Positions 18,678-28,853 of a stretch of DNA of 64,000 bases are shown piece after piece. This stretch comes from Candidatus Buchananbacteria bacterium CG10_big_fil_rev_8_21_14_0_10_33_19. GTDB lineage: Bacteria > Patescibacteriota > Patescibacteriia > 2-01-FULL-39-33. Numbering within the stretch: the stretch's first letter is position 1; the number at the start of each line of letters is the position of its first letter. The position numbers and the translations under genes were made by a program. The notes under the pieces were generated by a model, which saw nothing but the letters and a program-made list of their open reading frames with translations, was not told where the DNA came from and made no database searches. The stretch lies in the NCBI GenBank assembly GCA_002773855.1, contig PEZY01000012.1, positions 161,570 through 225,569 of the forward strand, read 5' to 3'.

Positions 18678-19829
18678 ATGAAATTGCTCTACATTGCTAA
18701 TATTAGAATACCCACCGAAAAAGCTCATGGTCACCAAATAATGACTATGGGTGAAGCTTTTAGTCTGCAAGGAGTGGATACTATTTTGGTGGTGCCGAGC
18801 AGAAAGAATAATGATTTTAAAAATGTTAATCCGTTTGATTTTTATGAAATCAAGAAAAATTTTAAACTTAAAAAAATATTAACTATTGATCCGGTATTAT
18901 TATTAAAATTTCCAGCTGGTATATATATTAAGGTTCAGTCTATAATATTTATGTTTTTTTTGAGTTGGTATTTTCTGTTTATAAATAGAGGAGACTATAC
19001 TGTTTATACTCGAGATGAGTATTTATTACCATTTTTACAAATATTTTTTAAGCGAGTAGTCTGGGAAGCTCATGCCTTGCCTAATAATTTAAACAAGTAC
19101 AGAAAATATTTGAATCGCTGTTACAAGGTTATAGTTTTAACTTCTGAGATTAAAAAACAATTGACTAAATTAGGCATAAATGGTAATAAGGTTCTAGTGT
19201 CTCCGGATGCAGTAGACTTGTCTATATTTGATATTGATATAGATAAACAAGAGGCTCGTCAGTCTTTAAAGTTACCTGCTAATAAAATTTTACTAGGCTA
19301 TACTGGCAGTTTTAAAACCAAGGACATGGATAAGGGGATTAGCGACATATTAAAAGCCTTAAAAAAATTACCAGACAATATTCTATTAGTGGCTATAGGT
19401 GGTAGTGATATTGATATCGAATTTTATAAAAACATAGCCAAGAGTTTGAACATAGAAAATAGAGTGATCTGGGTTAAAAAAGTTGATCAAAAAACATTGG
19501 CAGTGTATCAAAAATCTTTTGATGTATTGTTGATGCCTTTTCCATACACTAAGCACTATGCTTATTATATGTCACCACTTAAAATGTTTGAATACATGGC
19601 ATCGAAAAGGCCAATTGTGGCCTCTAATTTGCCGACTATTAAAGAAGTTCTAAATGAGAATAATTGTATTTTTTGTCGACCAGATGATAACGCTGATTTA
19701 GCTAATAAGATAAATATATTAATAAGTAATAGTGATTTAGCTGCCAAACTTTCTAACCAGGCTTATTTGGATGTTAAAAATTATACTTGGAATAATCGAG
19801 CAAAATTAATAATTGATTTTATAAGTTAA
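18678..19829 (+). CDS. Glycosyltransferase family 4
   Basis: GT-B C-terminal motif SPLKMFEYMASKRPIVASNLPTIKEV. Confidence 0.7.
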   Translation: MKLLYIANIRIPTEKAHGHQIMTMGEAFSLQGVDTILVVPSRKNNDFKNVNPFDFYEIKKNFKLKKILTIDPVLLLKFPAGIYIKVQSIIFMFFLSWYFLFINRGDYTVYTRDEYLLPFLQIFFKRVVWEAHALPNNLNKYRKYLNRCYKVIVLTSEIKKQLTKLGINGNKVLVSPDAVDLSIFDIDIDKQEARQSLKLPANKILLGYTGSFKTKDMDKGISDILKALKKLPDNILLVAIGGSDIDIEFYKNIAKSLNIENRVIWVKKVDQKTLAVYQKSFDVLLMPFPYTKHYAYYMSPLKMFEYMASKRPIVASNLPTIKEVLNENNCIFCRPDDNADLANKINILISNSDLAAKLSNQAYLDVKNYTWNNRAKLIIDFIS

Positions 19830-22681
19830 TGGACACTAGTAAATTGATCAGAAAAATAAAAAGATTTATAAAAATAAGGCGAACAATATTATTGTACAGC
19901 ACAATAATATTATTTTTGTTATTTTTATTCTTGGCAGTTTATGTGGGAAAAGTATATCTAACAGATGGTAAAACAGGTTTAATTAGAACGCCAATTGGCA
20001 GAGCTATATTGGCACCGTATAGATCAATGCGAAAAATGTCAGATATTATGTATCTTGGCTATGCTTTTAAAAAGAATAACTTACCAAAATATAGATTAGA
20101 AATTAATCCCAATGATTTTAAGTTTTTAAACGATAATTTGCCAGAGCCATATCAAGATGATAGACAAAGCCGTTTAACCGATGAATATCGCAAGCCGGTA
20201 CCAGCGAAATTTTATTTTGATGGTCGTGAGTATAAAGTAAAAGTTAACTATCGTGGCTATGTTGGTAATCATTGGTCTAATGCTAAAAAATCATGGGACA
20301 TAAAATTTGATGATGAAAATTTATTTAATGGTTTAACTAGTATTAAATTAATTATTCCAGAGGACAGGGGAATTGTGGCTGAATATATGAATCAATATCG
20401 AGCCAATAAACTGGGGTTGTATCCACTGTTTAGTTCTTACACTACTTTAGTAGTTAATGGTAGAAACAATGGGGTTTATTTTCAGGTTGAGCCTTGGGAT
20501 GAAAGTTATTTGGCCAAGCATGAATTAATAGACCAAACAGATATGTTCGCTTTTTATGAAGATTGGAATAGAAGTGATCGTTATAGTGATTCATTCGAAA
20601 TGTTATCTTATTATGACAAGAAAGCTGATAATCCATTTTATAATTATAAAAATTATGCACCATTAAATTATGTTTTTGATTTGATAAATGATTACTCTAC
20701 CGATTTTGAGGAAAAAATTTCTAATGTTGTTGATATGAATCAGTTTTTAAATTGGCAGGCCGTACATATGTTAATGTCTAGTCCTCATAATCTTTATAGA
20801 AATATTAGATTATTTACTGATAGAGAGACAGGGAAATTGGTTTTTGTGCCGTGGGATGTTGGCTTTACTGAGCCTAGTACTAGCTTAGAAATAAATAGCT
20901 CTAGTTTGTATAATCGTATTTTTATGTCTGACAAATTTTCTTATCAAAGAAACAAAATTCTTTGGAATTACGTTGGTAATGAGGATAATTTAAAAGATGA
21001 TTTAAAATACTATGATGATTCATTTAATAATATTAAAGTAGCTTTGGCTCAAGATCATTTGAAAGTTTATAGTACTAAGTGGTTTTTTAATGAAAATAAA
21101 AAAATCAGACAAGACATTGAAGATAATTTTTATAAAGTTAGAAATATTTTAAAAAATACTAGAGCCTCTATTAGTGTTTATATGTCTGATGATAATCCAA
21201 CTTATTTTGATGTGACAGCTGATATGCTACCAGAGATTGTTTTGGATAAAGTGAGGATCTATTCACCAGAGAACGTTGCTTATAAAATATATTTTGATTC
21301 CAATCATAATAATGAATTTGATATCACGGATGTACTAGCAGGAACTTCCAGTTATGATCTTAATAAAAAATATCACTTAATATTATCTGATAGAAATATT
21401 ATTCTGTCAGCGGCCAAAAAATTAGCTAATGATAATATTAGTTTTGAATATTTTCCAAAAACTTACAGATTTTTTATTCAGTCTAGCGGTTCAGGTAAAG
21501 TAGAAAAAATTAAAATTCAAGTAGATAATGCCATCACTGATAAAAAGGTTGATGATAGAATTCAGTACATTAGTTTAGATGCCTATAAATATTTATCACA
21601 AAAGAATATTTCTATTGATGAGTTTGTAGCAAAATTTCCCATCTTTAGAAAAATAGATAACAACACCGTTGAACTTTATAGAGGTAGTTATAATTTGAAT
21701 ACCGACGTTATCATTCCAGTTGGTAAAAAATTAATTATTAATCCAGGGGTGACGATTAATTTATCTAAAGGAGTATCATTAATAACCTATGGTCCAATTT
21801 TAGCTTCTGGTACGGTTGATAGTCCTATAGTTTTTTCTGGTTATGATGCTTGGGGGTCTGTAGGTATATCTGAGGCCCAGGAAAAAAGTGTTTTTGATCA
21901 TGTTAAATTTAGCAATGGTCAGGATGCTTTAGTTAATGGTGTTTATTATAGCGGTATGTTATCGGTTTATAGGTCTGATGTGGAAATTAATAATTCAGAA
22001 TTTTCTAAGGCACAAGCTGATGATGCAATAAATGTTAAACATGCTAAAGTTTTAATTCATAATTCTGTTTTCTATAATAATTCAGCTGATTCAATTGATC
22101 TTGATTTTATTTCTGATGGCCAGATTAAGAATAATGTATTTTTGAATACTGGTAATGATTCTATGGATTTGAGTGGCTCATCGGTTTTAATAGAGGGTAA
22201 TAAAATTAAAAATTCTGGTGATAAGGGAATTAGTATTGGTGAAAAATCAAATAATGTAATTATTTATAATAATGAAATAATTGCTAATAATATTGGTATC
22301 GAGTCTAAAGATTTATCGCAGGTCTGGACTATTAATAATGTGCTTATTAATAATGGCACCGCTGTTAATGCTTACCAGAAAAAGGGAATATTCGGCGGCG
22401 GTATGCTAGTTGTTTATAATTCTATATTTTATAAAAATGATTTAAATATTAATTTTGATGAATTATCGAAAATAGAAGTATTTAATAGTAATATCGCTGA
22501 TTATTCTGTTGAAAATGGTAATTTTATCGGTGATCCGGAGTTTATTAATGAAAGAGAGGAAAACTTTACAAATAACCCTAAAAATGTTAATATTTCCTTT
22601 ATTAATAGTGGTAATACGGATATTTTAAGTGATAAATTGAATATCAATGTTGAACAGGTGCCTGTTGGTCTAAATAAGTAA
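19829..22681 (+). CDS. Large membrane-anchored CotH-like kinase family protein with C-terminal right-handed beta-helix (pectate-lyase-like) repeat domain
   Basis: N-terminal TM anchor. The central region VVNGRNNGVYFQVEPWDESYLAKHEL ... FAFYEDWN is CotH-like. The C-terminal ~300 aa hold repeated N-x-V/I-x-x-N-S-x-D motifs (NNSADSIDLD, NTGNDSMDLSG, NSGDKGISIG). Confidence 0.5.
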   Translation: MDTSKLIRKIKRFIKIRRTILLYSTIILFLLFLFLAVYVGKVYLTDGKTGLIRTPIGRAILAPYRSMRKMSDIMYLGYAFKKNNLPKYRLEINPNDFKFLNDNLPEPYQDDRQSRLTDEYRKPVPAKFYFDGREYKVKVNYRGYVGNHWSNAKKSWDIKFDDENLFNGLTSIKLIIPEDRGIVAEYMNQYRANKLGLYPLFSSYTTLVVNGRNNGVYFQVEPWDESYLAKHELIDQTDMFAFYEDWNRSDRYSDSFEMLSYYDKKADNPFYNYKNYAPLNYVFDLINDYSTDFEEKISNVVDMNQFLNWQAVHMLMSSPHNLYRNIRLFTDRETGKLVFVPWDVGFTEPSTSLEINSSSLYNRIFMSDKFSYQRNKILWNYVGNEDNLKDDLKYYDDSFNNIKVALAQDHLKVYSTKWFFNENKKIRQDIEDNFYKVRNILKNTRASISVYMSDDNPTYFDVTADMLPEIVLDKVRIYSPENVAYKIYFDSNHNNEFDITDVLAGTSSYDLNKKYHLILSDRNIILSAAKKLANDNISFEYFPKTYRFFIQSSGSGKVEKIKIQVDNAITDKKVDDRIQYISLDAYKYLSQKNISIDEFVAKFPIFRKIDNNTVELYRGSYNLNTDVIIPVGKKLIINPGVTINLSKGVSLITYGPILASGTVDSPIVFSGYDAWGSVGISEAQEKSVFDHVKFSNGQDALVNGVYYSGMLSVYRSDVEINNSEFSKAQADDAINVKHAKVLIHNSVFYNNSADSIDLDFISDGQIKNNVFLNTGNDSMDLSGSSVLIEGNKIKNSGDKGISIGEKSNNVIIYNNEIIANNIGIESKDLSQVWTINNVLINNGTAVNAYQKKGIFGGGMLVVYNSIFYKNDLNINFDELSKIEVFNSNIADYSVENGNFIGDPEFINEREENFTNNPKNVNISFINSGNTDILSDKLNINVEQVPVGLNK

Positions 22682-22682
22682 T

Positions 22683-23432
22683 ATGGTTAAACCAAAACTA
22701 CATTTTCAAAGGTTTGAATTTAAATATTATCTACCTAAGAATACGGCAGATAAGTTAATTCCAACACTTTTGAATTACATGAACTGGGATAGCTATATCC
22801 AAAATACTGGCAGGGATTATTACGAGGTTAATAGTTTGTACTTTGATACTTATAATTTTGATTGTTTTTGGGATAAGGAAGCTGGGGTGTCCAATAGAAA
22901 AAAACTTAGGTTTAGATTTTATGGCCATGACTTATTACCAGAGACGCCAGTTTTTTTGGAGATAAAACAAAAGAATAATGTTTTAGTAACCAAAGATCGA
23001 GTTAAGTTGAAAATGTCAGATTGTGTAAATGAAAATTTGGATTCAGCTTTAATGTCTAATTACGGCAATAATAATGATAAATTTTTAGATAGTTTATTTT
23101 TATTTAAAAATACTAATTTCCTAAAACCCAAACTTTATATCTCCTATAAACGTAAAGCATTGGTTGGCAAGCACGATGATCGTTTTAGAGTGACCTTTGA
23201 TTATGATATTAAAACTAAGTTATCAAGTGATATTAAAGATGGCACCTCTAGTTTAAAGGATGTTTACTTTGATGGCGTTGTTTTAGAGTTAAAATATAAT
23301 AATATTTTACCATCATGGTTTCACGGGATTATTCAATCATATCAACTTGATCGCATAGCTTATTCTAAATATTGTAATTCCTTAAGAATGTGTTTACCAA
23401 ACTTAGACGATAATAATTATTCATTAAGATAA
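22683..23432 (+). CDS. VTC-domain (polyphosphate-polymerase-like/CYTH-like) protein
   Basis: N-terminal FQRFEFKYYLP and internal NSLYFDT motifs typical of bacterial VTC-domain proteins. Confidence 0.6.
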   Translation: MVKPKLHFQRFEFKYYLPKNTADKLIPTLLNYMNWDSYIQNTGRDYYEVNSLYFDTYNFDCFWDKEAGVSNRKKLRFRFYGHDLLPETPVFLEIKQKNNVLVTKDRVKLKMSDCVNENLDSALMSNYGNNNDKFLDSLFLFKNTNFLKPKLYISYKRKALVGKHDDRFRVTFDYDIKTKLSSDIKDGTSSLKDVYFDGVVLELKYNNILPSWFHGIIQSYQLDRIAYSKYCNSLRMCLPNLDDNNYSLR

Positions 23433-23436
23433 AAAA

Positions 23437-24123
23437 ATGTTAGAAAATTTAATAGAACTGCCAAAAATAGTGACCACACTTACTGTATCAACAATTGTAT
23501 TTAATATTGTCTTGGCCTTTGTTCTGTCTTTGATTATAGCTATAGTATATAGAAACACTCACAAAGGCTTGTCGTATTCACAATCATTCACTTTTACCTT
23601 GGTTTTAATTGGTATGTTAATTGCGGTTATTATGATGGTTATTGGCAATAGTTTGGCTATTGCTTTCGGCGCTTTCGGCGCTTTTTCTTTGATTAGATTT
23701 AGAACTGCAATTAAGGATACTAAGGATTTATCATTTATATTACTAGTAGTTTCAATTGGTTTAGCTGTTGGTACTAATAATTATTTAATTGCTATAATTG
23801 TTGCTTTGTTGTCTAGTATCTTTATTTATTTAATGTCTAAATTTAATTTCGGTTCAATTAGAAAATATGACTACTTGCTTAACTTCTCTGCTAATCATGA
23901 AGAATTTTCTAATAACAGGATGAGAGAGATATTTGATGATTTTTTGAAATACGATAATCTATTAAATGTAGTCTCTCATGATAATGGTAGATTATTAGAT
24001 TATAGTTTTAATATTAAATTTATTAAAGAAGACAGTGTTAGTATTTTTGTGGAACGCTTAAGTAAAATGAATGGTGTAAAAAGTGTTAATATTGTAGCTG
24101 CTAAAAATGATATTGAGTATTAG
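23437..24123 (+). CDS. DUF4956-like membrane protein (conserved partner of CotH/VTC)
   Basis: N-terminal ~140 aa with 4 TM segments plus soluble C-terminal domain. The position downstream of the VTC gene matches the known CotH-VTC-DUF4956 neighbourhood. Confidence 0.45.
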   Translation: MLENLIELPKIVTTLTVSTIVFNIVLAFVLSLIIAIVYRNTHKGLSYSQSFTFTLVLIGMLIAVIMMVIGNSLAIAFGAFGAFSLIRFRTAIKDTKDLSFILLVVSIGLAVGTNNYLIAIIVALLSSIFIYLMSKFNFGSIRKYDYLLNFSANHEEFSNNRMREIFDDFLKYDNLLNVVSHDNGRLLDYSFNIKFIKEDSVSIFVERLSKMNGVKSVNIVAAKNDIEY

Positions 24124-24178
24124 TTTGTAGAAAGGTTTTAAAACTAATTGTTTAACCGTAATTATTTATAAAATAATA

Positions 24179-26110
24179 GTGGCTAATCATATAAAAAAAA
24201 TATATTTTCGTTTTCTGTTTTGGTTAGATGGAATATTGCCTAAACACAATATTCCAGTTTTGTTATATCACTCAATAAGTGATGATAATAGTAAAATGTC
24301 TGTCAGTCCAGAAAAATTTGAGCAGCAATTAATACAATTAAAAAAAGCAGGTTATAAATCAATTAGTCTGGCTGAGTTGAAGAGTTGTTTTGATAAAAAT
24401 ATATTTCCTACTAAAAGAGTAATGATTACTTTTGATGACGGCTTTTTGGATAATTATGAAATCGCTCGACCGTTATTAAAACAATATGGTTTTGGAGCGG
24501 TTTTTTTTATCGCTGGAAAATATATTGATTCTACCGCTGATTTTTGTACTAATGATATAGATAGGGTTAAAAAAATGATGTCCGAAGATCAGTTAGGAGA
24601 CTTATCTGGTAATAACTTGGAGGTGGCTAATCATTTCTTTTCTCATAAGATTTTATCTGATATGGATAGTGATGAAATTAAAAATGAGTATTACACTAAC
24701 CGAGATAAATTATTAAAAATAGTGGGTGATATTGAAACTTTGAAGTATGTAGCCTATCCCAAAAATAAAAAAAATAATGTAGCTAGTTTATTAGAAAAAT
24801 GTGGTGTACTTTTAGCATTTGGTGGTCGACCTGGAGTGGTGAAGCAAAATAGTTTGCGTTATGACTTGCCAAGAATTCAAGTTTATAATAACGATTCAAT
24901 TAATAAATTTTTAGCCAAGCTATCACCATATTATTATTTTTTGCCATGGATTGCATTTGTTATTAAACAGGCCATAAGATCACCTTGGTTTTATTTGCTT
25001 TTAGTTCTAGCATTGTCTAGGTTTGCTTTTTTCTGGCTTGGGTTGTTTGGCTTCCCAGCTAATGCATCTTTGGTTGGTGATTGGTGGACACTTTATGGCG
25101 GTGATGAAATAAATTATTTTAAATCAGCTAAAGAAATTATTGATGGAGATGTTATCTCTCGGGCTAGGCCTATCGGATTTCCTTTATTTTTAATTCCGTT
25201 TATTTGGTTTAGTTATTCGGTTAATTTTATTGACGCTTTCCCATTGGTATCTTTTGTTAATGGCGTTGTTCTTTACTCAGTTGCTTTGGTATTAATTTAT
25301 TTTTTAGCTAAAGAGATTCTTGGTTCAAAATTAAAGGCGTATATAGTGGCAGTGATTTTTAATATTTATCCTTATTTATTTTATTTTTTATTTAAAATAT
25401 TTGTTAGAGGTAATAATATTATTAGTCCTTTTGTAGAAAGTCGTTTTAGACAGTTAATGTTTTGGCATTTTGGATCCGATCCTTTGTCTATAGTTTTGAT
25501 ATTGGCTTCTTTATTGTGCTTTATTTTGATAATTAGGAATAAGGTGAACTCTATTTTTATAGCTTCAATAGTTGGCTTAATGTCTTCTTGGTCGGTTATA
25601 GCGAGATTACAAAATTTAATAATTTTACCGATATTTTTCTTGGCCTTTTTATTGTTTAGGAAAATAAAGTTATTAAAATATTTTTTTATCTTTAGTCTAT
25701 TGCCTCTTTTTTTACAATTATATTTTAATTTTATAAGTCAAGATTCAATTTTTTCTACTTCCTATAAATTAAATGGTGGTTCTGGATCGGATATTCCAAT
25801 TTTTAGTTTTTCTTATATTTTTAGAATAGTCACTTATCCTTTGGATTATGGAGCCATTTTGTTAGCGCCAATTATAATTATTTTAGTATTGGCAGTTGTT
25901 GGGTTTTATTATCTAATTAAATTAAATAAAAAAGTTGGATTATTTTTATTTGGTTATGTGATTTTAAATTTACTTTTTATTTTATTTTTGGAACCAACAT
26001 TTAGAAATCCTAGATATTTTTTACCGGTTATTCCTATTTTGATAATAGTTTTATATTTACCAATGGATCAGTTAATAAACAAAATAATTTTATATGTTAA
26101 ATCAAAATGA
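24179..26110 (+). CDS. Fusion: N-terminal polysaccharide deacetylase (NodB/CE4 homology) plus C-terminal polytopic membrane domain (~390 aa)
   Basis: PVLLYHSISDD ... MITFDDGFLDNYEIARPLLKQYGFGAVFF is the CE4 motif set. The C-terminal half has 10 or more TM segments. Confidence 0.65.
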   Translation: MANHIKKIYFRFLFWLDGILPKHNIPVLLYHSISDDNSKMSVSPEKFEQQLIQLKKAGYKSISLAELKSCFDKNIFPTKRVMITFDDGFLDNYEIARPLLKQYGFGAVFFIAGKYIDSTADFCTNDIDRVKKMMSEDQLGDLSGNNLEVANHFFSHKILSDMDSDEIKNEYYTNRDKLLKIVGDIETLKYVAYPKNKKNNVASLLEKCGVLLAFGGRPGVVKQNSLRYDLPRIQVYNNDSINKFLAKLSPYYYFLPWIAFVIKQAIRSPWFYLLLVLALSRFAFFWLGLFGFPANASLVGDWWTLYGGDEINYFKSAKEIIDGDVISRARPIGFPLFLIPFIWFSYSVNFIDAFPLVSFVNGVVLYSVALVLIYFLAKEILGSKLKAYIVAVIFNIYPYLFYFLFKIFVRGNNIISPFVESRFRQLMFWHFGSDPLSIVLILASLLCFILIIRNKVNSIFIASIVGLMSSWSVIARLQNLIILPIFFLAFLLFRKIKLLKYFFIFSLLPLFLQLYFNFISQDSIFSTSYKLNGGSGSDIPIFSFSYIFRIVTYPLDYGAILLAPIIIILVLAVVGFYYLIKLNKKVGLFLFGYVILNLLFILFLEPTFRNPRYFLPVIPILIIVLYLPMDQLINKIILYVKSK

Positions 26111-26954
26111 TAAATTAAGTTTTCTAATTCCAGTTCATAATGAAGATAAGGTGATTTCTAAAACTCTGCGTGAGTGTTATGAAAAATTAAAGTCTTTGAA
26201 TATTAATTTCGAAATAATTGTCATTAACGACGGTTCTACAGATACCACTAAAGAAATATTATCCCAAGTGGATTACGTTAAAGTTTTAAATAACCCGTAT
26301 AATATTGGCTACGGTGCTTCATTAAAACGAGGTATCGCTAGTAGTAGTGGTAATTGGATTATGATTATTGACGCCGATGGAACTTATCCCATTTCTGATA
26401 TTGATAAAATTATAAAGCCAGCCGGTGATTATGATATGGTGGTAGGTAATCGTCAACATGATAAGGATCATTTTGGTCGTAAGCCAGCCAAGTGGTTTTT
26501 GAAAAAGCTGGCTAGTTTTTTGGCTGGTAAAAAAATTCCAGATTTAAATTCCGGCATGAGAATATTTAAGAAAAGTGTTGCTTTAGAATTTTGGCATTTG
26601 TATCCGTCGAGATTTTCTTTTACTAGCACTATTACTTTGGCTTGCTTTGCTAACGATTATTTTGTGAAGTATGTAGATATCCCGTATTATTCTAGAGTCG
26701 GAAGATCAGGTATAAAGCCTCGTAATTTTTTTGACTTCATAGCTTTGATTCTTAAATTGGTTGTTTACTTTAAGCCACTTAAGATGCTTAGTCCTTTGGC
26801 ATTGTTGTTTTTGCTAGCAGGTCTGGCAAAACTAGTCAAAGATTTTGTGGTTAATGGTTATATAGGTACGTTGGCTTTGTTATTAATCTTATTTGCAGTA
26901 CAGATATTTATTATGGCTATTATATCTGAAGTAATAATCAAGAGACAAAAATAA
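26094..26954 (+). CDS. GT2 polyprenol-phosphate glycosyltransferase (DPM1-like) with C-terminal TM helices
   Basis: FLIPVHNE ... IVINDGSTDTT ... IIDADGTYP. Confidence 0.7.
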   Translation: MLNQNDKLSFLIPVHNEDKVISKTLRECYEKLKSLNINFEIIVINDGSTDTTKEILSQVDYVKVLNNPYNIGYGASLKRGIASSSGNWIMIIDADGTYPISDIDKIIKPAGDYDMVVGNRQHDKDHFGRKPAKWFLKKLASFLAGKKIPDLNSGMRIFKKSVALEFWHLYPSRFSFTSTITLACFANDYFVKYVDIPYYSRVGRSGIKPRNFFDFIALILKLVVYFKPLKMLSPLALLFLLAGLAKLVKDFVVNGYIGTLALLLILFAVQIFIMAIISEVIIKRQK

Positions 26955-28046
26955 ATGAATAATACATTTGCAAAATATATTATTGGTGGATTCATTAGCT
27001 ACGGAATAAAAATTATTTTAACTTATACAGTGATTAATTTTTTTGACCTTTGGTATTTTTATGCTTATCTATTTTCTTTGGGAGTGGTTATTTTTATAAA
27101 TTTTGTTATTAATTCATTTTTTATTTTTAAGGTTAGTGATTTTAACGTTATTAGGATTATAAAATATGTAGTATCAATTTTTATATTTAATTCTTTGGAT
27201 GCTGGATTGGTAGTTATTTTAACTGATAAGTTTTTCTTATATTATTTACTATCAATTACTATATCTACTATTGTTATTTTTTTGGTAAAATTTATTATTT
27301 ATAAATATTTTATTTTTAATACTAATTCTAATTATAATTCTAATGTAAATACCGATAACAAAAATATTTTTTCGTCAAAGGCTTATCTAAAAGAACATGA
27401 CAAGCCTTATCTTAAGGGTTATGAAAAAGTAGTAATTGAAAAATATTTTACTTCAAATATGAAGATTTTAGATTTGGGTTGTGGTGCTGGCAGAACTAGT
27501 AAGATTTTAAGTGATATGGGTTGTAGGGTTATTGGTGTGGATATTTCTGACAATCTAATTGATCTAGCCAAACAAAAATATCCCAATCTAGATTTTAGAA
27601 TTGGCGATGCTACTAGTTTAGATTTTGAAGACAATTATTTTGATGCTGTGTTATTTTCTTTTAATGGTATTGACTATGTTCATCCTAGAAAACTTCGCTT
27701 GCAAGTTTTAGAAGAGATTAATAGGGTGTTAAAAAATGGCGGGTTATTTGTTTATTCATCTCATAATGCTTTAAATATTCCTAGAACTAAGATATCGATA
27801 TTAACATTTTTAAATAGTCTATTAACTTTAAGAATTTTTAGTTATTATAGAAATGAAAAACATGATTTAGGAGATATTGTTACTTATTATGGTAATATTT
27901 GGTCTGAGGAAAAAGATTTAAATAAGCATGGTCTAGTTTTAATTGATTGCGTAGGCGTTGGATCTGTATCTAGTATTAAAAATAAATTATTACTTAGTTT
28001 ATTATCTAAGCATATAATGTATGTGGCAAAGTCTAATAATCAATAA
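26955..28046 (+). CDS. Fusion: N-terminal GtrA-like 4-TM domain plus C-terminal class I SAM-dependent methyltransferase
   Basis: GtrA-like KYIIGGFISYGIKIIL ... INFVINSFFIFK. MTase motif I ILDLGCGAGRTSKIL ... VIGVDIS. Confidence 0.65.
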   Translation: MNNTFAKYIIGGFISYGIKIILTYTVINFFDLWYFYAYLFSLGVVIFINFVINSFFIFKVSDFNVIRIIKYVVSIFIFNSLDAGLVVILTDKFFLYYLLSITISTIVIFLVKFIIYKYFIFNTNSNYNSNVNTDNKNIFSSKAYLKEHDKPYLKGYEKVVIEKYFTSNMKILDLGCGAGRTSKILSDMGCRVIGVDISDNLIDLAKQKYPNLDFRIGDATSLDFEDNYFDAVLFSFNGIDYVHPRKLRLQVLEEINRVLKNGGLFVYSSHNALNIPRTKISILTFLNSLLTLRIFSYYRNEKHDLGDIVTYYGNIWSEEKDLNKHGLVLIDCVGVGSVSSIKNKLLLSLLSKHIMYVAKSNNQ

Positions 28047-28048
28047 AT

Positions 28049-28804
28049 ATGATTTTAAAAAAGAAAAAAGCATTTTTAAGTTTAGTTGAAGTGTCTTTGG
28101 ATGATGCTGAAGCTATTAGCGTAATGACTCAAAGAAAAAAATACGATCATATTAATATTGTTAGTTATAATTTTTTGGATCATGATAACAATTTTAAATT
28201 AAAGAAAAAGCAGAGTGCTAGAATTGTTTTGGGTGACGACATCGATAAGTTATTGGCCGCCTTTTCAGATACTTGTCGTAAGCATATCAGGAGAACTTTT
28301 AAAATTGATAATTTATATTTTAAAATGATGGATTCAAATTTTGATAAAACTTATTTAGCTTATTGTAATTTTGAATTAGCTAATGGTAGAACGCCATTTT
28401 CAAAATCAACACTTAATAAGATGTTAATTTTTAATGCTTATTATAATAATGAAATTATTTCTTCTATTTTGTGTTATGATACCAAGCCATCGTTGAAAGC
28501 CCATACTATTTTTTCTAAGCGTTTGGAAATTGATAATAAGGATGAATATAAGATAATAGGTTACGCCTCCAAAAGATTGATATATGAAATTTGTAAATAT
28601 GGAATTTTGAATAATTATACTCATTTTGATTTAGGGTCGGTTAATTTTGATGATGAGTCTAAACGGGGTATAAATAATTTTAAACTAAGTTTTAATCCAT
28701 TAGTGGTCGAAGAGTACCACTATATTTATACTAGTAAGAGATTCATATTATTGAATTATATTAATAAAATTGTTAAAAAAATATTGGCTATTATTGGACG
28801 ATAA
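28049..28804 (+). CDS. Hypothetical protein; weak FemAB/GNAT-like (Acetyltransf_6-like) character
   Basis: No strong motif; weak FemAB/GNAT-like character only. Confidence 0.25.
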   Translation: MILKKKKAFLSLVEVSLDDAEAISVMTQRKKYDHINIVSYNFLDHDNNFKLKKKQSARIVLGDDIDKLLAAFSDTCRKHIRRTFKIDNLYFKMMDSNFDKTYLAYCNFELANGRTPFSKSTLNKMLIFNAYYNNEIISSILCYDTKPSLKAHTIFSKRLEIDNKDEYKIIGYASKRLIYEICKYGILNNYTHFDLGSVNFDDESKRGINNFKLSFNPLVVEEYHYIYTSKRFILLNYINKIVKKILAIIGR

Positions 28805-28853
28805 AACAACGATGTATGATATACTTAATAAAATAGTGTTAACTATAAAATAA

